A stretch of 61,879 nt of DNA, filler included, from Bonamia ostreae (lineage: Eukaryota): the NCBI GenBank assembly GCA_040357525.1. It is 15 parts of 15 records of this genome, joined end to end, with 100 filler letters (N's around TTAATTAATTAA, not from the genome) between each part and the next. Parts side by side here need not be neighbours in the genome. Positions count along the whole stretch, not along the records: positions 20,780 to 24,817 come from JBDODL010000371.1; positions 24,918 to 28,955 come from JBDODL010000372.1; positions 29,056 to 33,090 come from JBDODL010000373.1; positions 33,191 to 37,221 come from JBDODL010000374.1; 11 more parts are not named here. One strand, given 5' to 3'. A program made the position numbers and the translations under genes. Positions within the stretch are counted from its first letter, which is position 1. The number at the start of each line of letters is the position of its first letter. Below are positions 23,916-37,126 of this stretch, in pieces. The notes under the pieces are model-generated. The model did not search any database. It was not told where the DNA came from and saw only the letters and a program-made list of their open reading frames with translations.

Positions 23916-24817
23916 ATGAGCAACCAAAAATTGTTTTTGGGAGATAACAAAAAAATGCAAAACTATTATAAAACGTACAGAGACAGCATTACGAACAAAG
24001 ACAAATTTTGGCAGGACGTTTATTTTATCATTAAAGAAATCAAACATGCTGGATTGGCTCAAACCATTTTCCAAAACATCCTCGGGGTTTCTTTCATATC
24101 CATTTTATCGCTATTCTCTAACAAATTTAAAGCTCTTTCCAAAACGGCGATATCCGCTGGTTCTTAAACGGAAAGCTAAACGCGTGCCTTAACTGCGTCG
24201 ACCGCCATTTACCGAAAAAAGGTTCGCACACCGCGATCGTCTGGGAAGGCGACGACGGGGAAACAAGAGAAATCTCGTTTCTCCAATTGCACCAACAAGT
24301 CTGCAAACTGACTAATTGCCTCCGGCGCTTCGGAGTCAAAAAAGGGGATGTCGTTTGCATCTACATGCCAATGGTAACATCCCACTGAAACAATAAAATC
24401 AGGTACCAGAAGCAGCTTTTGCCATGTTGGCGTGCGCCAGAATCGGGGCTCCGCACAGTGTGGTTTTCGCTGGTTTCAGTTCTTCGGCTCTCGGCGACAG
24501 ACTGAAAGACTGCGGTTGCAAAGTAGTCATCACCGCTGAAAAGGTAAACGTGTTCATGTAAAAGGGTTTCAGAGGCGGCAGAATGTACGATTTCAAAAGT
24601 TTCGCGGAAGAAGCTGTGCAGAACAGTGAAAACCAAGTGCAAGTCAATTTTTCAAATTTAGAGAATTTTTGTGTTTCAACGACACAACTCGTCCCAGTCT
24701 CCGCCCGAAGACAGCGGGAAAGTCATCTGGCTGCCCAGAGCTCTAGTTTTTATTTTGTCAATTAACGAAAATGTTTCGTTAGTTTTGTCAACCGTAGTCT
24801 TTATATTTTTATGTAAC
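23916..24817 (+). CDS. ACS: Acetyl-CoA synthetase (AMP-forming), 3'-partial
   Basis: After intron removal (e.g. 24018-24036, 19 nt): [66 protein letters not shown]. Confidence 0.96.
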
Positions 24818-25484
24818 NNNNNNNNNNNNNNNNNNNNNNNNNNNNNNNNNNNNNNNNNNNNTTAATTAATTAANNNNNNNNNNNNNNNNNNNNNNNNNNN
24901 NNNNNNNNNNNNNNNNNTTGGTCCACACCTTGGAATTCGGCGAACATTAACTGCTATGATCCAGTAGCTTATAGATTTAAGAACTGTGACGATGTTTTTG
25001 AAACTAAATTTAATTAACTAAATTTGAAATGTTCAGCAATATCTGTTACAATGCTGTTCATCGTTATGTGGGAGCGATCTTATAAACGGGCCCGGGAAAT
25101 ATCTAGCAAATCGCTCAAAATGTGTTGACATGTCCTTTATTCCAGTTTTAGGAAAAGAAGGGCTGTGGAGCGCAATTTGTTGGTGCCAAAGCGTTTAGTA
25201 AATCATTACAAAATTTTTAATTAATATTTAAAATTTTTCTAGATTTTTAGTTTTATGTCATTTATGTTCATTTTTAGTTTATATTTAAATTTTGAACTAA
25301 ACAATTTATTTGATCGTGAGCGTTAAAATCAGTCGTCCAAACAAAGTTGGATAAAAACGATTAAAATTACGTGCAGAGGATTTTATAAACGATTGGACAA
25401 ATAATTTGTTTAAAAAATTATAATTAAGCCATTTCAACGACGACTTTAGCGATTTTCGATAATCCTAAAAAGACTAAATTTTGA

Positions 25485-28433
25485 ATGGAGAAGAAAAAAA
25501 GTTCTGTCGGCATTTTGTCAACAGAAGAGATTGAGAACCTAAAAACAATGACGCCAATCGCATTGTCAAAGTCCTCAGTTTTCAATAAAACAAAAAAGAC
25601 CATTTTGACTGAAAACAGTTTCGAAAAAAAGATTATTTTTGGAAACACTCCGAAAAAGAACTTTGAAAATTTAAACGAAAAAAGCTTTCAAACGCCAAAA
25701 AGGATTTCAATCAAAAGAAAAATCTTTGACAAGAGCCCCAAATCAGCAAAAACAAACATAAAAACCCCAAAATCAGACATTAAAACCAATTCAAAAAAAT
25801 CCGTTAGAGCTTTCCAAACCCCGAAAAACAGAAAATCGCCTTCGATAAGATTATTGTCGCCGATACATAATTTCAAAAAATCGCCGTTGGAAGAAAGCAA
25901 TTCGTCGATACGGCGATCCCTGAATCCTGTCATTCACAAGAAAAAACTTGAGAGCGATAGCATCGAAGAGGGCTTCCAAGATCTGGGCGAAAAACTCCAC
26001 TTTCTCGCGCGGCACAATCGACAAGCGCATTCAAAATATCGCACTGACATCGATCTCCTAAACAAACAACTCGAAGATGTTTTTCCGTTCTATTCTCGTT
26101 AGAAAAGCAAAGCGATCGAAGAGATAAAATCTCGCCAAGAATTCGCGTTGGCGCAAAGAGACGAATTGGAAAAAAAGGTCGACGCTTTGAAACAAGAAAA
26201 GGAAAATAAAGAAACTGCGCTTTCCGAGAAAATCAAACAGATGAAAGAAGAACAAGCTTCTCTCCAAGTTTCTAAAAGTTTATTGAACAAAACAGAGACG
26301 ATATCTGAAAACAGCTCGTTCGGATTACGACGGAATGAACGAATTGAATAAAAAGCTTTTGCGAAAATCCCGTCTTTTGAACAAAACGGAGAGTCGTTTG
26401 ATAGAAGCGAACCGCGATTTGATGAATTTGATCAAAAATTTGAGTGGCAAAATATCCAACGTCGAACATAGCATAAACAAGGAAGAACGAGACCTGAAAG
26501 TTTTGGAAAGAACGAAGAGCCATCTCGCAACTAGAAAAAACGATTTGACTCTTGAATTCGACAAAATGGTTTTGCGATTTTTGCGATTTTTGACAAATAT
26601 TTGACCAATTGCAAATCTGTTTAAAACAGGAAAAATATTTGGACCAAGCAGAAGAAGAAGGCAAATCGAGAGAGCCAAATATCGACGACAATAATGCTCT
26701 TCGCAACGAAACGGAAACGATTTCCGTCTACCATAAAGGCCTTAAAATGGTTTCCACAACATTATTTATTGATTCCATTATTTTCAGCTTCTAGGATTTT
26801 TAAATTGTTAATATATGTGTGCTAGAAGCTTTTTATTATATGAAAACACAATAATCTTTTTGCTAATAAAATGTTTGTTTGTAAAATCAACTAAAATGGT
26901 TTCAAGAACAATTAATGACCTTAAGCTATATCAAAAAACAATATCCGAAAAAGAGCCTCAAAAAATGGCGATTTTTTATAAAATTTTCACTTCGAAAACG
27001 TACTTTTTAAAATATTTACATTTAATTCGCCCTTTTAACAAATTTAAGGTGACGGATTTGCTCGGCGTTAAATCAGACCGCCACAAGCAAACCATAAGCG
27101 AAATCGAAAATTCGTTCTACAAAATCGCGGAAGCCCTCTCCGAAAACGCTCATGACCGTTACCGAAGGCAAAGTTTCGGTTACCAATTCTTGCCAAATCG
27201 ACACGTAAAAGCTACAAGAGAAATGTTAAAAAGTCTAAAAACGCTCAAAAACGACTTGAGACAAAACCAGAAAGAACTTGAAAACAAAAACAAATTGATT
27301 GAAAAACAAAAACAATTCATAAAAGAAACCTTTGAACACAATAAAATCAACAAAAATGACATTTCCGCAAAAAATGAAAATTCGAGTTTAAAGAAGAAAA
27401 TTAAAGTGTATGAAGAAAAGTCCTTAATACAACAAAAAGAAAACGAAAAAATGAAAAATCAAATTTTTTTACTGTAATTTTTTACAAACTCTTTTAAATA
27501 AAAAATAAAAACGAAGAAAAGAAAAGATTACTGAACTGAATGACAAAAATAAAAAGGAAATGTTAACTGCAAAACAAAAAGAAGGAAATTTGAGAGAATT
27601 GGAAAAATCAAAAATTATAAAAGACTTATCCGAAAAAAGCAAAAGTTTTTATAAAAATGCAAAAAAAGAGGACACCGAAAAGATCATATCGCTGGAAAAA
27701 GATTTGAATCAGTTGAAAGGAGAATTGGGAAAAATTGAAAAAGGGTTTGAAGATAAAGACAAAATCGTGATAAGCTTAAAAGACAAAATATTACATTTAC
27801 AAGATCAATTATCTAAACAACAAAGTCAATTTAAATTTAGTTTCGATTTTCGAAAAATTTAATAATGGCAAAAAATTTGAAGGCGAAACGGAAAAGGAAA
27901 AAAAATTTTTACTCAAATCGAAAAAAGAAGCGATTTTTAACACAGAAAAAACTTTCGGCGAAAACCAAATTTTGACCGATAACATCAAAAAATTGACAGA
28001 ACAATTGTCAAAAGCGAATTTCAACCTCCAAAAAATGGAAAAAAACGTCAAAATTTTTGAAGCTAAAAGCAAAATTTTACACAAAAAAATCCAGAAAAGT
28101 CAAAGTGAAAAAAATGAGCTTAAAATAAAAATTGATTTATTGTCGGGAAAAGTTTCCAAAATGGAATTACAAAGAAAAGAGATTTTGGCAAAAAAAGACA
28201 AATTGGAAAATTTGTGCAAAAAAGGCCAAGTTCAGTTGCAGGGAGCGGAGATTGTGGCTCAACAGAGATTGTCAAAATTAGAAGAGTATGAAAAAGAAAT
28301 AGCTTCTTGTCATTTGAAGATAAAAAGTCAATCCAAAAAAATTGATTTCTTTTCTAAATACAAATTGAAAGGAACTAATAAAAGCATTACAAAAGAACTT
28401 AACGAAATTTTGGGCGAAAAGAAAAACAATTAA
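25485..28433 (+). CDS. Long coiled-coil protein(s) with an N-terminal S/TP-K-rich region, multi-exon (may be two genes)
   Basis: Consecutive K/E-rich ORFs linked by 24-28-nt GT-AG introns; several CDK-type TPK/SPK sites in the first exon; no family recognised. Confidence 0.5.
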
Positions 28434-28955
28434 ATGGATTTAATTTGTCTCCAATTTTTTTGATTTTCTGAGTTTTTATGGAAATGTTTTTGAATGCGTA
28501 ATCCAACAGAATGTCTGGATTTTCACCGAGACTGTCCACGGTATCGACTACTTTTGTTGACAACTCGTCATGTTCCAATTTTAGCAATTCCTCTATTTTT
28601 AATGTTAAACAGACAAAATCTCAATTAATTTTAAACAAAACGAGGAAAAGAAACTTTTTGCTATTCCTAAAATAGCCAGACTGATTCTATAAATCACTTT
28701 GAAGCCTTCGTTAAACAGGACATCCAAAACGCGGATAGTGATGGAAAACGGGGTCGAACCACAGAAAACGGTCAAAAACCATTTGTTCGCGTATGTTAAA
28801 GGTCTAAATTCTTCCTTTTTCTTTAATGTTGAAAAATTGTTTCTTGAAAATTTTGGAAATTGTATTTTTTGCAATTTTTTCTAATTTTAATATTTGGATT
28901 TCTTTAATTTATAAGCAATTTTTATTAATTTTTGCAATTTTTTCTAAATTTAATA
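28399..28955 (-). CDS. Rab-GAP TBC domain protein, 5'-partial
   Basis: PLTYANKWFLTVF...PFSITIRVLDVLFNEGFKVIYRISLAIL followed by EELLKL is the TBC C-terminal signature. Confidence 0.9.
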
Positions 28956-29055
28956 NNNNNNNNNNNNNNNNNNNNNNNNNNNNNNNNNNNNNNNNNNNNT
29001 TAATTAATTAANNNNNNNNNNNNNNNNNNNNNNNNNNNNNNNNNNNNNNNNNNNN

Positions 29056-32000
29056 TTGCAAAGCTGTCTGAAGAGCCTCAAATAAACAAAGTAAAAATTT
29101 CCTTCCGTCATAACTTTATTGCAAACTAAATATCTTGCAAAGTATTCGTAAAATTGTTCGCACATTTCCTCTTCGACAAAATCGACCGTTTCTCTGTAGT
29201 TCAAGGCAGATAAATTGTTTAACAAAAAAGTTATCTTTGTTTTAACATAAATCATTTTTAGCAAAAAAGTTATCCTTGTTTTAACAAAAATCATTTTTCA
29301 ATCAATTTTAGCGGATTGAAAAAACGATTTTTTCGATCAATTAATGATTTGATAAATTAACAAAACCTTTTCCTTCGTGGCTTCAGCAAGTTCCTCTTTC
29401 AAATTATCGACTGTCTTTTCTTTATTGATTATTAGAAACGCAAAAATACAAAGCTTAAAATAGTTTTATATCACAAAAATCAAATTTGATAGATCCAAAC
29501 AAAACTTTTTCTATCTGCGAACAAATCAGATTCCTTTTTGTGGATTTTGGACTTCTTCACCGTTTTCGCCACAACGCTTTTCGCCAATTTGAACGTTGCC
29601 GGGAAATGAGTCTTAAATTCTGCGATTCTGAGTGCTTCGTGGCAGAAAAGAGGAAAAGATTCTATTCGCCGAACGATCGCTCGCAAGATGGTCGCTCCGA
29701 AAGTAAACAATGTGGAATGGCCGAATTGCCGCAGAAAAGTGATTGTTTCGGATTCCAATCGAAAATGCATTTTTCGACTGAGCGACTTTTCGCCGATAAA
29801 ATGGCTGATTGTTTTAGCCGCTTCGTTCGAATAGACATGACCAGAATCCGGAAAGCCTTCTTTCGCTTCATCCAGAATAAAGGCCGTCGCAGTGTTTTTG
29901 TCTTCGTCGGACAAAATTTTGATCTCTTCCACTTCCTTCGATTTAAAATTTTGGAAACTTTGCCAAAAGAAGATCCGTTATGTAAACGGCCAAACAAGTT
30001 TTTGAGCCTTTTCGAAACGAGAATTTTCGACATGTGGGAAAATCGACTTTTGAAGTTTTGCATATGTCTGTCGTCAATTATAGCCGCCAGCATCTCAATA
30101 GTCGTTTTTTTGTATCCGAGAGAAGTGGTCTGTTCGGATTGCTAAAAATTGTTTAATCAACTTTTTGTTTGATCAAACGAATTTGATTTTTTCTGTCATT
30201 TTCGAGAAGAGAAAATATAGAATTTTTGACCATTACACTGTTTCTGCTATTTTCCAGTTGCAACTTTAGCCACTTTTCGAATTTTGTGAAGCGCCCGTTT
30301 TCAAAACTTCTTATGGCAAAGTCAACAGAGAAAATTTTGTTTGTTATCATTCTTAAAATCGCCGTTATTTTCCAATTCGCACTCTTTTTTAAAAATCGTA
30401 AAAAATGAATTGCAATAAATCGCACTCTTTTTTAAAAAAAATCGTAAAAAATGGATTGCAATAAATAGCACTCTTTTTAAAAATCGTAAAAAATGAATTG
30501 CAATAAATCGCATTCTTTTTTAAAAATCGTAAAAATGAATTGCAATAAATCGCACTCTTTTTTAAAAATCGTAAAAATGAATTGCAATAAATTGTACTCT
30601 TTTTTAAAATCGTAAAAATGAATTGCAATAAATCGCATTCTTTTTTAAAAATCGTAAAAAATGAATTGNNNNNNNNNNNNNNNNNNNNNNNNNNNNNNNN
30701 NNNNNNNNNNNNNNNNNNNNNNNNNNNNNNNNNNNNNNNNNNNNNNNNNNNNNNNNNNNNNNNNNNNNAAAAATGAATTGCAATAAATCGCATTCTTTTT
30801 TAAAAATCGTAAAAAATGAATTGCAATAAATCGCATTCTTTTTTAAAAATCGTAAAAAATGAATTGGCAAATAAGATCAAGAAAATGCAAATAACTTCTG
30901 TTATTTCGGATGTCAAATCGCAAAGAACGAAAATCGGACTGGCGTTTCGATTAATCGAGATTCTGCTGTTGTTGCTGTCTTCGAATTTTTGTTCTAGCAA
31001 TCTAAGAGACATTTCGAAATCGATTGAAAAAAGAATCGACGCGCTTTTTTTGCCGTCCATCAAAAAGCGGTCGAATATGGCTTTCATCGCTTCTGTTTTC
31101 AGTTCATTCGTCGTTTTAATCTTTTTTGGATTTTCATTTAGTAATTTGCAAAACATCCGAGAACGCGGTGAACAGCAACACAGGGCATGCTCTGGCTGCT
31201 TCCATCAAGATTCGCCTAACATCTTCCCGATATTCCTCAAATCTAAGTAGCGCTCTCAGCACAACAGGATTAACCAAACTCCGAAATCGGCTTTTCTCGT
31301 CCTCATTGGCGGTCTTGATGTTTCGCTTTGATTCTAGTAAGTAAGCACAATATTTGTCAGAGTTTTTTAGTTGATAACTCGTTCGCAACGAAAATTTTTT
31401 CGGGCTTTCCAAAGACGCTTTTATAAGTTCGAAATGGACCGACCTGTCATTCCACGGATTTCCGTATAATAACTTTAGAAAACTGGCGAAACACAATTTT
31501 GGGTTTGGCATTGCTTGAATGAGCTTGAGCAAAGTGTCTAAAAGACGACTGGTTTTCTGTTTTCCGATTTCGAGTTTGATGTTTTCCGTTCTGCCAAAAT
31601 TCTCCGTTTTCGGAAAATTTTCTATTAGATTTAGCCAGTCCAAATTCTCGTAATTTTTCTCGATTATTTTGACCAATTGGAACGATTCGATTTTGTCAAA
31701 ATCCGCTTTTTCGAATTTGCCAAACAACAGAAAATTTTTATTTTCTGGGACTTCCGAATTTGACGAATTTTGTGTCTTTTTGGATAGATCGACGACAGAT
31801 TTTGAAGCCGATTTTCCAAAACTTGTGTGGCACAAAAACGCCCAAATGACCTCAAATGCTGTTTTAGATTGTTCTTTCTCGTTTTTTACTAAAAAGTCAG
31901 TCAATTTTTCGACCGACTCGAATATGGACGATTCGTTGGCTAAACCCGCGATATCAATCTTCGCGTTTTTGTTTTCCGGATGGCTCATTGTCGCTAGAAG

Positions 32001-32772
32001 GTTTGCCATCTTCGTATCTCTGGATTCTCTAATTTCGATATTAAATATTTCAAAGAAAACATTTTAAAGTTGAAGACGTTTTGGCGAAAGATGAGCAAAT
32101 TGAGCGATTTGTGCATGTTTTTGTTTTTGATGGACATTTCCGCGATCAAAGAAACTATTTTTTCTCTCTGCTGCATTGGCAACATGTCTTGTTTTTGCAG
32201 AGCGTATAGAAGTTCGTGGAGAACTCTATTCGACACGGAGTCGTTTTTCAACGACTGTTTCAACTTCTCGTAAAATTTTGCATTCGCAAAATAGTTTGAA
32301 CCTTTTTACGCTTTTACATAAAACCTTCGGTTTTGAGCAATGCGTCGAAGCCGCGGACCAGAGCCATTGCACTCAACACTCTTTTTTCTAAGGACAAATG
32401 CGTTTTGGAAAAGAAAGATTCCAGCATGTTTGGGTGCGTATGAGCGCTCTTAACTTGAAAATGCGGAAACTTTAAATGCTCCGTAGACTGTAGACATAAA
32501 ACATTTAGGGCCTTTTGCTAGCAACTTGTCCAAAAAATATTGGACGAAGCGAGTTTTCCCCTCGTTTTCTTTGTCGCTGTTTGCAAGATTGGTAATGTCG
32601 TCGATGAGATTTCTCAAGACTAGAACATCTACTTCTTTTCCGTAATTTAGAGTCAGCTATTTTTTACTAAATTAACTTCTTTTAGTGCGTTAAAAATGCT
32701 CTTTACGTTATTTTTTCTGAGTTCGTTAAGATTTGTTTTAATTTGAGAATGTATAAAATAAATCGCTTCCAT
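29056..32772 (-). CDS. CNOT1: CCR4-NOT scaffold subunit Not1, 3'-partial, many exons
   Basis: SQIKTNLNELRKNN...YGKEVDVLVLRNL at the N-terminus; LYGNPW; ARACPVLL; LFTFGATIL...IESFPLFC; FLLNNLS...YFARYLVCNKVMTEGNF. These are collinear with known Not1 blocks. Confidence 0.85.
30377..30865. repeat. 43-bp minisatellite (spans a scaffold gap) inside Not1 intron 30384-30895
   Basis: Unit aaaaatcgtaaaaaatgaattgcaataaatcgcattctttttt; at least 8 copies. Confidence 0.95.
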
Positions 32773-33190
32773 TCTCAAATTAGCTTTATCTGTTAAATTT
32801 AGTTTAAACCTTAGGCTAAGTTTTATCGGAGGTCAAATTAACTTTTTCTTTGTAAAAAGGTGCGTGTTAATAAATTTGGTAAAAGTGGAGAATAGCGCCC
32901 CCCCCCTAACCCGACCCTTCTGAGTACAAAAAAATGGCCATTTTTCATAAAAATTATTGACAATAATCATTATATTTCAATTTCTTATAAAAAAATATTT
33001 TACAAATATTTACAAATGAGATTAAACAATTGAAAAAATGTTTTAATTATTAACAGTAATAGTTTTAAATCTAATAATGTAATTTCTTCCNNNNNNNNNN
33101 NNNNNNNNNNNNNNNNNNNNNNNNNNNNNNNNNNTTAATTAATTAANNNNNNNNNNNNNNNNNNNNNNNNNNNNNNNNNNNNNNNNNNNN

Positions 33191-33742
33191 CAAGTAATAT
33201 ATGCTGTCTTTCTCAACAGGATGATTTGTAATTGTCGTTTTTATATCAATGACTCTTTTTTCGTTTTTCTGTTTTCTATCTTCATCTTCAAAACTTTGGA
33301 TCACAAAACTGTCCTTTGTCTTATTATCAATTTCGTTATTTATATCCAAGTTTTGTTCAATTTGGCTTTCTTTTGTTGCTTTTTTATCCAATACTTTCTC
33401 TTCTGATTCAGTTTGATCCATTGATTGATCAGTATAATCACACGTAATGCTCGAATTATTGTTTTGTTTGCAAGAGCATTTCTGGTTATATTGTTTCGAT
33501 GGTTTTGCCAAAAATTCGTTTTGAATGAAAGATTTGCTGATATAGTCCTCGTCATTTTTATTCTGTATGATTGCTTTGTTTTGCTCTATTTCATTTTGTG
33601 GGAGCTTTTCGCTTTCATTCCGATGTGCATAATTTGTGTACTCATTATCTTCAATATCATTGTTTTTTTCTTGCAAAGATGAAGCCTCAACTTGATAACT
33701 CAGATATTGTGTTTTCATTTCAATTGGCTGACTTTCAATCAT
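33191..33742 (-). CDS. Hypothetical low-complexity N/E/K/Q-rich protein, 3'-partial
   Basis: Open frame of about 184 codons running off the contig; no domain recognised. Confidence 0.4.
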
Positions 33743-34151
33743 TTAATCTTAAATTATTTTTTTTGTTTCAAGATAGTTTTGCAATAAAATTATAAATTTA
33801 AAAAGTAAAATTATTTTTTACGTTTTCTATATTAATAAAATGATACCATTAACCATACCTGAACTAAGTTTATGTCATTCACGGAAGTACAGAAAACTTA
33901 TACTTAAATAGTTATAGATTATTAATCACAGTTTTAATAATTTCGATTTACTGTAAATCCTTGTCTAAATTTGAACCTTTGTAATACTAAAATTAAAATT
34001 TAATCTAATGTGGAGTGCACCTTTATAAAATTTAATCTCGTTAAGGATATAATCTAGAGGTCATACTTTTTGATAGACCAAGATTTTTAGTCTAGAATCT
34101 ATGTTATAATCGATTTTTTCATTATATATATACATAAACAAAGAGTTCACT

Positions 34152-35670
34152 ACGCGAAATGACTCAATAGATACAATTGCGAACACAAAATACCTACAGA
34201 TGTAATTTAAAAATAACTAATTATTTAAAGTTTTATGTTGATTCCTTATTATAACATTTAGATTTAACTTCGAAAAGTATATTATCTTAGATTTATATAA
34301 ATCTGCTATAAAAAACAGATAAAAAATTTACTTTAAAAGTAAACATGAAGCCCATCGTTTGCGGAAGTTCCAATTTTTTTCATTTTAATGTAGATGGGGT
34401 ATTTTTGGTCAAAACGTTCTGGACATATTTTGGCCAAGAAAACAATTCCGATACAAATTAGGAAAATTAAACCAAATAATATACCGAGACTTATTTTCAC
34501 AGCTTAAAATTATTCATAAAACTTAAATTTGTTTTACTGGTAACGACTATAACGGTTATAGATAATGATGCGAATGCAAGAAAAACAAAAATTTTGCTTA
34601 TTTGACTACTATCACATGATCTATTAACTCCATTAATCTCTTCATCCATTATTTAATTATTCAAATAAATGAAATTGGTTTAATCTTTTAAACAATAATT
34701 TTGACGCTTCGATTTAATAAATTTACGTTTTTCATAGTTATGATAATTCATTACATAGGTTTATAAATATAAAAAATATTCATTGTTTTACTAAATAATA
34801 AATTTAAACAATTAATGTACTCTGAAATAATTATTTTTTGTTTTGTATAACAGGACGAATCCATCTTATTTCGACCCCCTCATGTCTTTATACCATTTTT
34901 GGGGAAGAAGAAATCTACTCAAGAGATTACAATTCAAAAGCATGATCTCAGGAAAAGGTTTCGGTATTAATCAATATTTTACATTGTGTATTTTTTGCTA
35001 AAAAAGTTAATTTTAAAATATTTTTCCTAATAAATGCAATGAAATCCTTTTCGAAGAAAGATGTTTACCAAAAATATTTCGACAAAATCGAAGAATATGA
35101 ATAGGGCAGCTTTTTTATTTGCGGGAATCTTAACGCACACCATAGAGATTAGTCTTTGGAAAGACCAAACAAATTTTCTACCATGCTGCAAGAATTAAAA
35201 AAAGTAATGAATGCCAGGATTGTTGGAGATAGAGGTAAGCAAACTCTGCAGTATGGTCGATCCAAAGTATTCACATCTCCTGTATATTAGTGAATACTGT
35301 GGTATTTTAATTGTGTGTCCTGATCTAGGATCAGACAAAACGCCTCTAAAATTTCATATGAAATTAAAGGCAACGCGAAATGACTCAATAGATACAATTG
35401 CGAACACAAGATACCAATAAATATAATTTAAAAATCACTAATAATTTAATGTATTGTGTTTATTCCTCACTAAAATATATACAAGTAAAAATCAGGATAA
35501 TATTAAAATTAATATTATCTATGTTTATAAAAAACATTTAAAAATCTGTTATAAAAACAGAAAAAAAATTTACTATAAAAGTAAACATGAAGCTCATCGT
35601 TTGCGGAAATTTGAATTTCTTTCATATTAATGTAGATAGGGCATTTTTGTTCAAAAAACTCTGGCATTTC
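34152..35670 (+). repeat. Imperfect ~280-300-bp direct repeat pair (about 34152-34425 and 35373-35670)
   Basis: Both copies begin acgcgaaatgactcaatagatacaattgcgaacacaa and share gtaaacatgaagcYcatcgtttgcggaa...taatgtagatRggg. Confidence 0.85.
35105..35170 (+). mobile_element. Relic of a non-LTR retrotransposon APE endonuclease
   Basis: Translates GSFFICGNLNAHHRD*SLERPN, a decayed GDFNAHH..W motif flanked by stop codons. Confidence 0.6.
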
Positions 35671-36075
35671 TCTGCCTGGATATCGTCAGAAATATTTTTT
35701 CGATGATCTTTCAATTCCCCCAATTACCCAAAACTTTTCACTGGCCATTCTACTTCCTACTCAATGCTTGTTTGAATATAAATGACACTCATCAATATCT
35801 ATAATTGAATTTATGCCACCTAGAAAATCATTTTGATAAAGCCTATTATGATTAGGAAAACTCTCTGTCTTATATCCAATTTTAAAACTTTTCATTTTAG
35901 TTTATTAAAATTATTTATGTTAATTAAAAATGGTGGAAATTTGTTGAAAATGATAATTATACAATCGCCAATATAAAAATTTTGCTAAATACAAAAATTC
36001 ATTTTTGAATATTTTTTTTCGACTTTATTTCATAATTTTTTTTTGAAATAATTGTAGTAAAAATTTATTTATGAT

Positions 36076-36105
36076 TTAGGGTTAGGGTTAGTGTTAACGT
36101 TAGGG
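36076..36105 (+). repeat. Degenerate interstitial TTAGGG array (5 hexamers)
   Basis: TTAGGG TTAGGG TTAGTG TTAACG TTAGGG in register. Confidence 0.6.
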
Positions 36106-36332
36106 TTTTTTAATGTAAATGTCATTTAATCGTCATTCCTCGCAGCATGACGCGTCAGTCATCGACTCATTTGCCTTTTGACCTGACGTCTCTTTGAAAT
36201 AATCAATGCCTCGCTTACTTTCATCACATTATAATTCTCAAATTATTCTCATAATTTTTTTAATATTGTTTATTCTTTTCGTTTACTTTTCTAACAAATT
36301 CGTATAACTTTTTTTCTTCGTCTAATAGTATT

Positions 36333-37126
36333 TTATCTAATAATGCATGAATATTTTATAGAACTTTTAATATACATTATTAGACCTTCTACAACTTTTA
36401 TATTATTTCTATAGATAGAATAACATTTATAACCTTTTATATCGTAATTTTTTTCATACAAGACTTCTTGTATACAGACTATTTCTGGTTTATCATTAAT
36501 AATCATATTTTTTATTTCATAGAAATTTTTGTTCAATGACCTTGTATTTATTGAAAATATCTTTAACATTTTATCATTTCTATACTATTTTACAGTTTCT
36601 TTTAATATTTAAATTTTATCTTAAGATGTTTGCACAAATATTAAATTAAATATAAGAAATATTTAATATTTTATCGTTCAAAAACATCTTTTCTATACCA
36701 TATTATCTTTGATTTTTTTTAATTTATCTTGATATTTTAAAAGTTCTTTGACAAACGGAGAAACTTTTTTGTGTTAAAAGTGTTTCAAACGTTGTTTTTT
36801 TACATAGGGTTGTTTTTCAGAGGTTTAAGTGTAACGTTACTTATCTTAATACCTTTTTCTTTAAAGTATCTTTCAAAATCTTTTACATCCATAAATTTAG
36901 GTACATAATGAACAACAATTTAATATTTACTATGATTTTTATCAACAAGTATTGAATCTTTGGCAAAATATTTTTTAACATCATTTTCTGTTTTAGCTTC
37001 AATTTTGTCTGTTTCATTTTCAAAAAATATTCTGATTTTACCATACGGTAAAACATCAGCATTTACTGCTCTTTTAAAAGCTTTTGACATTTTAGAGCTT
37101 AATTTAAAACAGTTATTATATTTCAT
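36333..37126 (-). mobile_element. Degraded LINE: ORF1-like remnant plus start of ORF2 APE endonuclease
   Basis: 36569-36333 reads LKIFSINTRSLN...KPEIVCIQEV...IKGY...GLIMYIK (APE motifs). Upstream ORF 37126-36920 continues past a stop as IVVHYVPKF, which is ORF1-like. Confidence 0.8.
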
